From assembly GCA_001823065.1 (NCBI GenBank), contig MHTJ01000003.1, positions 106,869 through 170,868 of the forward strand: a DNA stretch of 64,000 nt, given 5' to 3'. Each line of letters starts with the position of its first letter. Position 1 is the stretch's first letter. A program made the translations under genes and the position numbers. Under the pieces are notes generated by a model. The model was given only the letters and a program-made list of their open reading frames with translations. It had not been told where the DNA came from and did no database searches. This stretch comes from Candidatus Vogelbacteria bacterium RIFOXYD1_FULL_44_32 (GTDB taxonomy: Bacteria; Patescibacteriota; Minisyncoccia; Phycocordibacterales; XYD1-FULL-46-19). Shown in pieces: positions 55,841-64,000 of the stretch.

Positions 55841-57154
55841 TTACTTAATTTTTTTCAAGTAGTCGGCCAATTTGTCCAGCTTGATGGTATCTTGGGAGCG
55901 GGTATCCATATCACGGACAATTACCGTCCCTTCTAGGGCCTCTTTTTGCCCCAAAATAATTGCATAAGGAACACCAAGTTTTTCGGCATTACCGAGCTGG
56001 GCCGAGAGGGAATCCTTGGTCAATGATTGGGCGACCGGAATCTTGGCCTTACGGAGAATCTCAATAATTTCAAAGCTCCGTAGTTTGGCATCAAAGGAAA
56101 GCTGGATAAAAAATACTTTTGGTTTTTTTACAATTCGGGGGACTGGTTTATTGTAGTCGGCCAATTCAATGACGCGGTCGACACCAATAGCGGCGCCCAT
56201 GCCCGGTATATCTCTCTTGCCCGAAAGAATTTTACCCAGATAATCATAGCGTCCACCACCAGCCACTGATAGGGGTTCTGGGTCGGTGGCGGTGGCCTCT
56301 GGTACTATTTCAAATACCGTGTGTGAGTAATAGTCTAAGCCACGCACTAAGGTACTAGAAATCGTATAATTGATATTCATGGAACTTAAATACTCCAATA
56401 CTTCTTTGAAGTGGGTCTTACTGTCGGGCGACAGTGAGGCAATAGTTTCTGGGGCTTCGGCTTTAATAGGGGCACATTTTGGATTTTTACAATCTAAAAC
56501 TCGGAGAGGATTTATTTTTAGCCGTTCGCGACATTCGGGGCAAATCGTTTTGGCATGTTTTTTATAATAGGCCAACAGCTCACGTTTGTAGGCCGTCTGA
56601 GATTCCTTGTCACCAATACTATTAATAATAACGGTCTGATTTTTGATTCCCACTTCGGTTAAAATCAAAGAAATAATTTTAATCACCGTGGCATCCACAA
56701 TACTTTTTTTGGAGCCAAGAATTTCTAAATTAAATTGGTAGAGCTGGCGGTAGCGACCACGCTGGGGGTTGTCGTGGCGGAACAAGGGGCCATGGCTATA
56801 AAGCATCACGGGTTGGGGCCGTGATTGCATGCCGTGTTCAAAATAAGCGCGCATTACCGCGGCGGTAAACTCGGGGCGCAGAGCCAGCCGGTCACCCCCA
56901 CGGGTTTTTAGGGTGTACATTTCTTTATCTACAATATCGGTGCCATTGCCAACCCCCCGCGCAAAAAGAGATTCCTTTTCTAAAATAGGGGTTTCAATGG
57001 GCGTAAAACCATAATACATGGCAATTTCGGCGGCTTTTTCGAAAAATCCCTGATAGTAAAGTAGATCATTGCCAATCAGGTCTCGCATTCCCTTTGGACT
57101 TTGTAGCTCATCCTTAGACACAATCTTTTTTACGGCTGTTGGTTTGGGGGTCAT
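55841..57154 (-). CDS. hisS: histidine--tRNA ligase
   Basis: PKGMRD, LRPEFT, RGRYRQ, LVRGLDYY, GGGRYD. Confidence 0.96.
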   Translation of the reverse strand: MTPKPTAVKKIVSKDELQSPKGMRDLIGNDLLYYQGFFEKAAEIAMYYGFTPIETPILEKESLFARGVGNGTDIVDKEMYTLKTRGGDRLALRPEFTAAVMRAYFEHGMQSRPQPVMLYSHGPLFRHDNPQRGRYRQLYQFNLEILGSKKSIVDATVIKIISLILTEVGIKNQTVIINSIGDKESQTAYKRELLAYYKKHAKTICPECRERLKINPLRVLDCKNPKCAPIKAEAPETIASLSPDSKTHFKEVLEYLSSMNINYTISSTLVRGLDYYSHTVFEIVPEATATDPEPLSVAGGGRYDYLGKILSGKRDIPGMGAAIGVDRVIELADYNKPVPRIVKKPKVFFIQLSFDAKLRSFEIIEILRKAKIPVAQSLTKDSLSAQLGNAEKLGVPYAIILGQKEALEGTVIVRDMDTRSQDTIKLDKLADYLKKIK

Positions 57155-57160
57155 AAAGGG

Positions 57161-57721
57161 TTATTGGTTAGAGGAACTAAAATCGCCAGGTAAAATAGAC
57201 GCGGTTTTCAAGGGGAAGAGGCGTAGACCCACCCGGCCTTTAATAAATTTATCGGCGACTGGACCCCAAATCCGGGAATCGGAGCTGGCGTTACGATTGT
57301 CACCCAGCACAAAATATTCGTCAGCGCCTAGACTAATTGTTTCAGCGGTGTAGGAAATATCAGCGCCTAGATAGGGTTCGGTCAGGGTAATGTCTTGATT
57401 GGCGGTGGTTTTAATATTTATTGCTGTCGGGGAAATAGTAATAGTTTCGCCCGGTAAGCCAATCACTCTTTTAATATAAAATTTTGACGGGTCTTTGGGA
57501 TAACGAAAAACCACCACTTCACCACGCTCTGGCTCGCGAAAGTGATAAGACATTTCGTCGATAATAAGATATTCACCGTTCTCGAAAGTGGGAACCATCG
57601 AGACCCCGCTAACGATAAAAGGCTGGGCAACATAAGCGCGAACGGGAATCACTATCACCAGGGTGATCAAGGCAAAACGTAAAACATCAAAAATTGTCTG
57701 CTTGGGGTCATCGAGAGGCAT
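57161..57721 (-). CDS. lepB: signal peptidase I
   Basis: SM.PT, IKRVIGLPG, GDNR..S.DSR. Confidence 0.95.
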   Translation of the reverse strand: MPLDDPKQTIFDVLRFALITLVIVIPVRAYVAQPFIVSGVSMVPTFENGEYLIIDEMSYHFREPERGEVVVFRYPKDPSKFYIKRVIGLPGETITISPTAINIKTTANQDITLTEPYLGADISYTAETISLGADEYFVLGDNRNASSDSRIWGPVADKFIKGRVGLRLFPLKTASILPGDFSSSNQ

Positions 57722-57809
57722 AAAAATAGTTAGACGCTTATAATAGTCGTTAAATTATACAAGATTAGAGGGCTAGACGCAATGTGGCAATTTATCGTAT
57801 AATTGGCCG

Positions 57810-58412
57810 ATGGGATTATTTCAAAAATTATTTGGGCCGAAAGTGGAGGTAACTGATGTCTGGTTGGTGGTGGGCCTTGGTAATCCGGGGTCACGCTACG
57901 AAAAAACTAGGCATAATGCGGGGCGAGATGCCTTGTTGGCCGTCGCCAACCATTTTAATTTTCAACCTTGGGCGGTAGTAAAAAAACACGAGGCTCAGAT
58001 TGCAACTGGTCAAATAGCTGGTCAGTCAGTTTTTTTATTTTTACCTGATACCTATATGAATTTGTCAGGCCATAGTCTACGTTCTTATTTACGTTTTTTA
58101 GCGATTAGACCACAAATAATTATTGTTCATGATGATATCGATTTACCACTAGGTAAAGTTCGCCTCGGTCAGGGGCGGGGAGCCGGTGGGCACAATGGCG
58201 TTGCTTCGGTGATAAAAGAAATTGGTACGCCCAATTTTATGCGCCTAAGATTGGGTGTTGGTCGCGATGAAACTGGGGCCACGGAATCGGTTTTGAAAAC
58301 AGTTCCCGCTGATAGACGGCTAGAGTTTGAGGCGATGAAAGATAAAGTCGGGGCCATTTTAGCCACCATCATTGAGTCTGGGCTGGAACCAGCGATGAAT
58401 AAATATAATTAA
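57810..58412 (+). CDS. pth: peptidyl-tRNA hydrolase
   Basis: GLGNPG..Y..TRHNAG, TYMN.SG, HDD.D, GGHNG. Confidence 0.96.
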   Translation: MGLFQKLFGPKVEVTDVWLVVGLGNPGSRYEKTRHNAGRDALLAVANHFNFQPWAVVKKHEAQIATGQIAGQSVFLFLPDTYMNLSGHSLRSYLRFLAIRPQIIIVHDDIDLPLGKVRLGQGRGAGGHNGVASVIKEIGTPNFMRLRLGVGRDETGATESVLKTVPADRRLEFEAMKDKVGAILATIIESGLEPAMNKYN

Positions 58413-58417
58413 ACATT

Positions 58418-58458
58418 TAAAAATCCCCCGCCGGCGTAGCCGGCGGGGGATTTTTTTA
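58418..58458. terminator. bidirectional terminator
   Basis: aaaatcccccgccggc-gta-gccggcgggggattttt between pth and rpsA. Confidence 0.7.
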
Positions 58459-58461
58459 AAC

Positions 58462-59673
58462 CTACACCACTGTTTCTTCTTTTTTGACTCGGCCTCGCCC
58501 TTTGGGTTTTTCCGGGCTAGCAAGCACCTCGGCTTTTTTATCGCCAAAAACCAAGGTCATCCGTTGGTCCTTCGATTCAAACAAATTAATTGTGAAAGTA
58601 TATGATTTACCTAATTCAAGCTTAGACCGTAAATCATTTTCGTCGACAAACTCGGAAATATGAACCAAGCCGGCGACCCCTTCGTCGATAGAAATAAGGG
58701 CCCCGTGTTTATTGTATTTTATTACCACACCTGAAACCACATCACCACGATGCCATTTATTTTCGGCCTCATGCCATGGGTTTGGTTTTAGAGCTTTTAT
58801 TGACAGCGAAATTTTGTCGTCTTTCACTTCAATAATCTTGGCGCGGACTTTGTCACCGGGTTTATAGAGACTGCGTGGGTCTTCGACTAGGGACCAATCT
58901 AGCTCAGAAATATGCACCAACCCTTCCAACCCTTCTTCAATTTTAATAAAAATACCAAAATCAACCGCTCCGGTTACTTCACCCTCGATTACATCACCCA
59001 AGCCATAACGGTCGACAATTTCTTTGCGGGATTTATTGTCCGTAGTTTTTTCGGAGAAAATCAATTTGCCCTCTTTGGGGTCAATACCAATAATACTGAC
59101 CTCCAGTTGGGTGCCAATTAATTTTTCTAATTCATTAACAATTTTATCTTTGTCACCATCGGCGACGCGAGGGTAGTGCTCTGGCTTTAGTTGAGAGGCG
59201 GGGACGAAACCATCCATTCCTTGCCACTCCAAAATCAGGCCACCTTTATTGGCTTCTTTCACAGTAATTAAAAATACCTCTTTGTGCTTCATCGCCTTTT
59301 CGGCCGCATCCCACATAATCGCTTGCTTGGCCTCCTTGAGCGAAAGTTCAATATAACCGTTTTTTCCTTCTGTCTCTACGACTTTGGCGGTCACCGAATC
59401 CCCGAAATTTACCTTTTTGATAATATCACGGGCATTTAGATATTCACGACCAAAAATAATACCGGTGCCAAACGGGGAGATATCCACATATAAAGTCATC
59501 TTCTCTTTGCCAAGCACTGTCCCCTCGATCAACATATCAGGGGTTGGTTTAATTTGAGTTTGGCGCACAATCTCATCCATTACACCCTTGGGTTGGCTGT
59601 CTTTGTCGGCATCAACTGGGTCAGCCATATTAGTTTTACTCACCTCATCACTATTTTTTAAAGTATTTTCCAT
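58462..59673 (-). CDS. rpsA: 30S ribosomal protein S1 (4 S1 domains)
   Basis: NKGGL, GFVPASQL, EGLVHISE, GLVHISE. Confidence 0.9.
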   Translation of the reverse strand: MENTLKNSDEVSKTNMADPVDADKDSQPKGVMDEIVRQTQIKPTPDMLIEGTVLGKEKMTLYVDISPFGTGIIFGREYLNARDIIKKVNFGDSVTAKVVETEGKNGYIELSLKEAKQAIMWDAAEKAMKHKEVFLITVKEANKGGLILEWQGMDGFVPASQLKPEHYPRVADGDKDKIVNELEKLIGTQLEVSIIGIDPKEGKLIFSEKTTDNKSRKEIVDRYGLGDVIEGEVTGAVDFGIFIKIEEGLEGLVHISELDWSLVEDPRSLYKPGDKVRAKIIEVKDDKISLSIKALKPNPWHEAENKWHRGDVVSGVVIKYNKHGALISIDEGVAGLVHISEFVDENDLRSKLELGKSYTFTINLFESKDQRMTLVFGDKKAEVLASPEKPKGRGRVKKEETVV

Positions 59674-59867
59674 CGTTTTTGCTTTAGCCTCAGTTTTCTG
59701 ATGACCGAGACCTTGCCTTGGTCAAAACCAAGCCAAGGGCTTTGTTATTTTGACTGTTAGCAAGACTTTTAATAGCCGGCAGTATTACATAAAATACTTA
59801 TTTTGACAAGGTAAAATAGGGCTCAACCGAGCTTTTAATTTATCATAGTTTTTGTTATAATAAATGA

Positions 59868-60491
59868 ATGGTTATTACATATTTAGGCACCGGCTTTATC
59901 AAGGTCACATTTGGTGAGACGGTTATTGCCTTAAATCCAACCAGTAAAGAGTTTAATGGTAAAAGCGCCCGCTTTGGGGCCGATGTGGTTTTGGTCAGTG
60001 CTCCTTTGCCGGCTTTTGCTGGCGTGGAGGGGCTGACGGGCGGCGGCAAAGAACCCTTTGTCATCGATGGCCCGGGTGAATATGAACACTCGGATATTTT
60101 TATTAAGGGTTATCCTTCGGCTGGTCCAGCTGGGACGGTCAATACTATTTATAGTTTTTTGTTGGAAGGGATGCGGGTGGTGTCACTGGGGGCCCTGGCC
60201 ACTGCTGATTTAGCTTCAGAAATAATTGAAGATATTAGTGGGGCAGATATTTTAATTGTGCCGACGGGGGCCGAAGATAGTCTCGCTGGTCGACTGGCGG
60301 GCAAATTGGCGTCGGCCCTTGACCCAAAAATTATTATTCCCGTTTTACACGAGGGACTAAAATCGGCTGGCCTAAAAGAGTTTATGGATGAAGCGGGTGA
60401 GCCAGCCGGTGGGGCGCAAGATAAACTTTCGCTAAAAAAGAAAGATTTAGAAGGTAAGGAGGCCGAGGTGGTAGTCCTGGAGGCAATTTAG
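59868..60491 (+). CDS. metallo-beta-lactamase-fold protein (degenerate metal site)
   Basis: ITYLG, IDGPGEYE, DILIVP.G, PKIIIP. Confidence 0.75.
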   Translation: MVITYLGTGFIKVTFGETVIALNPTSKEFNGKSARFGADVVLVSAPLPAFAGVEGLTGGGKEPFVIDGPGEYEHSDIFIKGYPSAGPAGTVNTIYSFLLEGMRVVSLGALATADLASEIIEDISGADILIVPTGAEDSLAGRLAGKLASALDPKIIIPVLHEGLKSAGLKEFMDEAGEPAGGAQDKLSLKKKDLEGKEAEVVVLEAI

Positions 60492-60493
60492 TT

Positions 60494-60754
60494 ATGTCTT
60501 TTATCTTCCGTAAACTGGACGAAATAAGAGCTTATCCGGAACCCAAACGGAAGCAGATTTTGCTGGTCTCGACATTCGCTATCACCTTGCTTATTATCTT
60601 ATTGTGGTTGTTAAATATTTGGTTACTCTCGGCCGGACCAAAGACCCAAACAGATTCGGCCAACTTTGATTTTGGCGCTAATATAGAGCGAGAGTGGCAC
60701 CGGATCGAGCTTGGCCTAGGGGCGTTAAAAAATACCATCAGCAATCAATTTTAA
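60494..60754 (+). CDS. small membrane protein
   Basis: Single TM; in operon with gyrA. Confidence 0.7.
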   Translation: MSFIFRKLDEIRAYPEPKRKQILLVSTFAITLLIILLWLLNIWLLSAGPKTQTDSANFDFGANIEREWHRIELGLGALKNTISNQF

Positions 60755-60760
60755 AAATAT

Positions 60761-63232
60761 ATGGCAAGCGATAAATATAAAAAAGATAAAGAAATAGTGA
60801 CTAGACCACTGGCGGACGGGGTGAAACCAGTCAGTATTGCGCGCGAAATGCAAGAGGCCTATCTGGACTATTCGATGTCAGTGATTGTGTCGCGCGCCCT
60901 GCCGGATGTGCGGGATGGTTTGAAGCCGGTTCACCGCCGGATTCTTTTTTCTATGCACGAGTTGGGTTTGACGGCGGCCTCACGGTTTAAGAAGTCGGCG
61001 ACGATTGTGGGCGATGTGCTGGGTAAATACCACCCGCACGGCGACTCCTCGGTCTATGAGGCGATGGTTAAATTGGCTCAAGATTTTGCTATCCGCTACC
61101 CGCTGGTCTGGGGTCAGGGTAACTTTGGTTCGATTGACGGTGACGGGGCGGCGGCTCATCGCTACACCGAGGCCAAGATGACCAAAATTGCCGGTGAGTT
61201 GTTGCGGGATATTGAAAAAGAGACTGTAGATTTTATGCCCAACTTCGATGGTGAGCGTAAAGAGCCGGTGGTTTTGCCGGCGGCCGTGCCCAATATTCTC
61301 CTCAATGGTACTTTTGGGATTGCGGTTGGTATGGCAACCAAAATTCCGCCCCATAACTTGGGTGAAGTGGTTGACGCTTTACTGCATTTTGCCGATAATC
61401 CTCAATCGACCAATGAAGATTTATTGCAGTTTGTAAAGGGCCCCGATTTTCCGACTGGGGGAATGATTTTTAATCAAAAAGATATTCACCACGCCTACTC
61501 GACCGGTCGAGGGGGAGTAACAGTGCGGGGTGAAGCCGAGATTGTAGAGACTAAGGCTGGTCAAAATCAAATCATCATCACTTCTATTCCGTATCAGGTC
61601 AATAAATCGGAGATGATTATTAAAATGGCTGATTTGGTGCGGGAGAAAAAAGTAGAAGGGATTAGAGATATTCGTGATGAATCGACCCGAGATATTCGGG
61701 TGGTGATTGACCTAAAAACTGGTAGTCAACCTCAGAAAATTCTCAATGCCTTGTATAAACATACTGATTTAGAAAACGCTTTTCACTATAATATGCTCGC
61801 CCTGGTGGGTGGTGTACCCAAGCTTTTATCACTTCGCTCTATTATTGAAGAATTTTTTGGTTATCGCCAAGAAGTGGTTGTTCGCCGGACCAAATTTGAT
61901 TTGGCCAAAGCCGAAGCCCGTGAGCATATTCTCTTGGGTTTAAAAATTGCCCTTGACCATATTGATGAGGTGATAAAAACTATTCGCAAATCTAAAGATA
62001 CGCCGACCGCTCAGGTGGCGTTGATGAAAGAATTTAAATTATCCGATTTACAGGCCACGGCTATTTTGGAAATGCGGTTGCAAAAATTGGCCGGCCTCGA
62101 AAGACAAAAAGTGGAAGATGAGCTAAAAGAAAAACAGAATTTTATTAAGGAGTGTCTAGCTATTTTGGCGGACCCCAAGAAAATTATTCAAATTGTTAAA
62201 ACTGAATTTCAACAGATTCGCGAAAAATACGCTGACCCACGTCGGACCAAGGTGGTGAAAGGGGGGGTCAAGGAAATAAACGTGGAAGATTTGATTGAGG
62301 AAAAAGAAAATGTGTTGGTGCTCACCTCGGGGGGCTATGTGAAGCGGACCGACCCAGCTGAATATCGAGCCCAAAGACGTGGGGGCTCGGGGGTGATGGA
62401 TTTAAATGTCAAAGAAGAGGATTTTGTGACGATTTTCCTAACTGCCAATACTCATGATGACCTCTTGTTTTTTACCGACAAAGGTAAGGTGTATCAACTG
62501 AAAATGTATGATATTCCCGAGGCCAAGCGGGCCACGCGGGGCAAGTCGGTGATGAATTTCTTGTCACTGTCAGCGGAAGAAAAAGTGACTTCGGTTTTGG
62601 CCTTCAACAAAGCGACCGACCACACTAAATTGGCCGTGTTGATGGTAACCAAAAATGGTGAGGCCAAAAAAGTCAAAGCGGAAAGCTTTAAAGACGTTCG
62701 GCGGACCGGTATTATTGCGATTAAATTGGAAGCTAGTGATGAACTATTGGCGGTTTTTGCGGTTGAAAAGGGCGACACGGCCATTGTGGCGACGCGTGAG
62801 GGCCAAAGCATTCGGTTTAAGGAATCTGATATTCGGGAAATGGGTCGGGCCGCCGGTGGCGTGCGAGCGATTAAGCTTGGTAAATCTGACCGAGTGGTCG
62901 GGGCCGATGTGGTTCAATCGGCCAAGACGGAAGTTGATTTTCTGGTGATGGGTGAAAATGGTTATGGTAAAAAAACTAAACTTAAAGAATATAAAATTCA
63001 GAAACGGGGTGGTTCGGGCATTAAAACTTTTAAAGTCACAGTAAAGACTGGTAAATTGATGTCCTCCCGCGTCCTCACCGAAGTGGAAAGTGAGATTGTG
63101 GCGATCTCTAAACATGGCCAAATCATTCGGACTAGTCTCGATGAGATCCCAACTTTGGGGCGTCAAACTCAGGGCGTGCGGATTATGAAGCTAAAAGGGG
63201 AAGACTCGATAGCGTCGCTGACTTGTTTGTAG
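60761..63232 (+). CDS. gyrA: DNA gyrase subunit A
   Basis: [20 protein letters not shown], GyrA box QRRGG.G. Confidence 0.97.
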   Translation: MASDKYKKDKEIVTRPLADGVKPVSIAREMQEAYLDYSMSVIVSRALPDVRDGLKPVHRRILFSMHELGLTAASRFKKSATIVGDVLGKYHPHGDSSVYEAMVKLAQDFAIRYPLVWGQGNFGSIDGDGAAAHRYTEAKMTKIAGELLRDIEKETVDFMPNFDGERKEPVVLPAAVPNILLNGTFGIAVGMATKIPPHNLGEVVDALLHFADNPQSTNEDLLQFVKGPDFPTGGMIFNQKDIHHAYSTGRGGVTVRGEAEIVETKAGQNQIIITSIPYQVNKSEMIIKMADLVREKKVEGIRDIRDESTRDIRVVIDLKTGSQPQKILNALYKHTDLENAFHYNMLALVGGVPKLLSLRSIIEEFFGYRQEVVVRRTKFDLAKAEAREHILLGLKIALDHIDEVIKTIRKSKDTPTAQVALMKEFKLSDLQATAILEMRLQKLAGLERQKVEDELKEKQNFIKECLAILADPKKIIQIVKTEFQQIREKYADPRRTKVVKGGVKEINVEDLIEEKENVLVLTSGGYVKRTDPAEYRAQRRGGSGVMDLNVKEEDFVTIFLTANTHDDLLFFTDKGKVYQLKMYDIPEAKRATRGKSVMNFLSLSAEEKVTSVLAFNKATDHTKLAVLMVTKNGEAKKVKAESFKDVRRTGIIAIKLEASDELLAVFAVEKGDTAIVATREGQSIRFKESDIREMGRAAGGVRAIKLGKSDRVVGADVVQSAKTEVDFLVMGENGYGKKTKLKEYKIQKRGGSGIKTFKVTVKTGKLMSSRVLTEVESEIVAISKHGQIIRTSLDEIPTLGRQTQGVRIMKLKGEDSIASLTCL

Positions 63233-63262
63233 TAAAATATTTGATAAGTAATTTCTTATCAA

Positions 63263-63805
63263 ATGTTTGCTCGTCCTGATCAAATTTTAAATTATCTAGC
63301 GCTTACCCCTGGGATGAAGGTGGCCGATTTTGGTGCGGGTAGTGGTGAATATGTTTTAGGTCTAGCCCGGCGGGTCGCCCCCGGGGGACGGGTGATAGCG
63401 GTGGATATCCAACCAGAATTATTGACCAAAATCGCGGGTCAGGCTAAAGCGTCTAATTTGGGTGATATTGTGGATACAATTTGGGGTGATGTTGAAACCC
63501 GGGGCGGGTCAAAGCTGGCCGACCAAGCTGTCGATGTGGTTATTTTGTCTAATATTATGTTTCAGGTTGATTCGGCTTACTCGCTGGCCCTTGAGGCCAA
63601 GCGCGTTTTAAATTTGGCGGGCAAAGTTTTAGTAGTCGATTGGAAGGATTCTTTTGGCAATCTGGGACCAACTAAAGATAAGGTAATAACTCCGGCTAAA
63701 TGCGAGCAGATTATGAATGAAGCGGGTTTGATTAAAGACAATGAGTTTGAAGCCGGTGACCATCACTATGGCCAGATTTATGTTTTAAACCAAAGCAAGT
63801 TATAA
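63263..63805 (+). CDS. class I SAM-dependent methyltransferase
   Basis: VADFGAGSG, AVDIQ. Confidence 0.88.
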   Translation: MFARPDQILNYLALTPGMKVADFGAGSGEYVLGLARRVAPGGRVIAVDIQPELLTKIAGQAKASNLGDIVDTIWGDVETRGGSKLADQAVDVVILSNIMFQVDSAYSLALEAKRVLNLAGKVLVVDWKDSFGNLGPTKDKVITPAKCEQIMNEAGLIKDNEFEAGDHHYGQIYVLNQSKL

Positions 63806-63813
63806 TTTAAGAA

Positions 63814-64000
63814 ATGAAAACTGGTATTTTTCAAACAGCCCTGTTGGTAATTTGCGGAGTAGTTATTACGGTCGCAGTTTTAATGTTCTCCGGAGTTTTA
63901 CCTGGGCTAAATTTAGGTGGGGCTAAAGCGGTGCCGGCGGTTATTGTTTGGGGGTCTTTGCCTGAAGTACCGATGAGACAAATGATGGAAAATCTTAATA
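63814..64000 (+). CDS. N-terminus of a membrane-anchored protein, possibly extracellular solute-binding (3'-truncated)
   Basis: MKTGIFQ..TM..VIVWG; open to window end. Confidence 0.6.
   Translation, partial: MKTGIFQTALLVICGVVITVAVLMFSGVLPGLNLGGAKAVPAVIVWGSLPEVPMRQMMENLN

Noticed and set aside
59690-59745. Hairpin in the rpsA leader as a regulatory RNA
   Set aside because: A single hairpin with no recognisable conserved motif.

Overview
This is a bacterial chromosome segment that looks like Patescibacteria/CPR (Parcubacteria-type). That assignment is inferred from the short ValS, the divergent S21, the tight gene packing and the mostly SD-less housekeeping genes. The backbone carries dsbA-VKOR, class II nrdJ, rnpB, murJ, lepA, valS, tsaD, trxB, ftsZ/ftsA, ybeY, rpsU, hisS, lepB, pth, rpsA and gyrA, plus six tRNAs (Gly, Arg, Phe, Ser, Glu, Val). 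There are three accessory regions: the right end of an integrated element with two DNA methylases (1-~5890), a 1595-aa orphan protein, and a ~16-kb island between tRNA-Glu and tRNA-Val holding a PLD-helicase plus type IIG-like methylase and many small co-oriented genes. The main observations are: (1) tRNA-Phe(GAA) is split by a 265-nt group I intron after U33; (2) a structured motif with compensatory base changes occurs three times, each next to tRNA 3'-end sequence; (3) a second palindromic element sits directly 5' of two tRNAs and is also found as an insertion; (4) a 28-bp 11-6-11 palindrome occurs three times, bounds gene modules, and twice is followed by the ORF stop; (5) the giant protein has a class I nucleotidyltransferase domain behind a possible ADP-ribosyltransferase-like domain; (6) the terminal A of the tRNA-Ser CCA is also the A of the next start codon. 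All calls come from motif recognition by eye; no searches were run.
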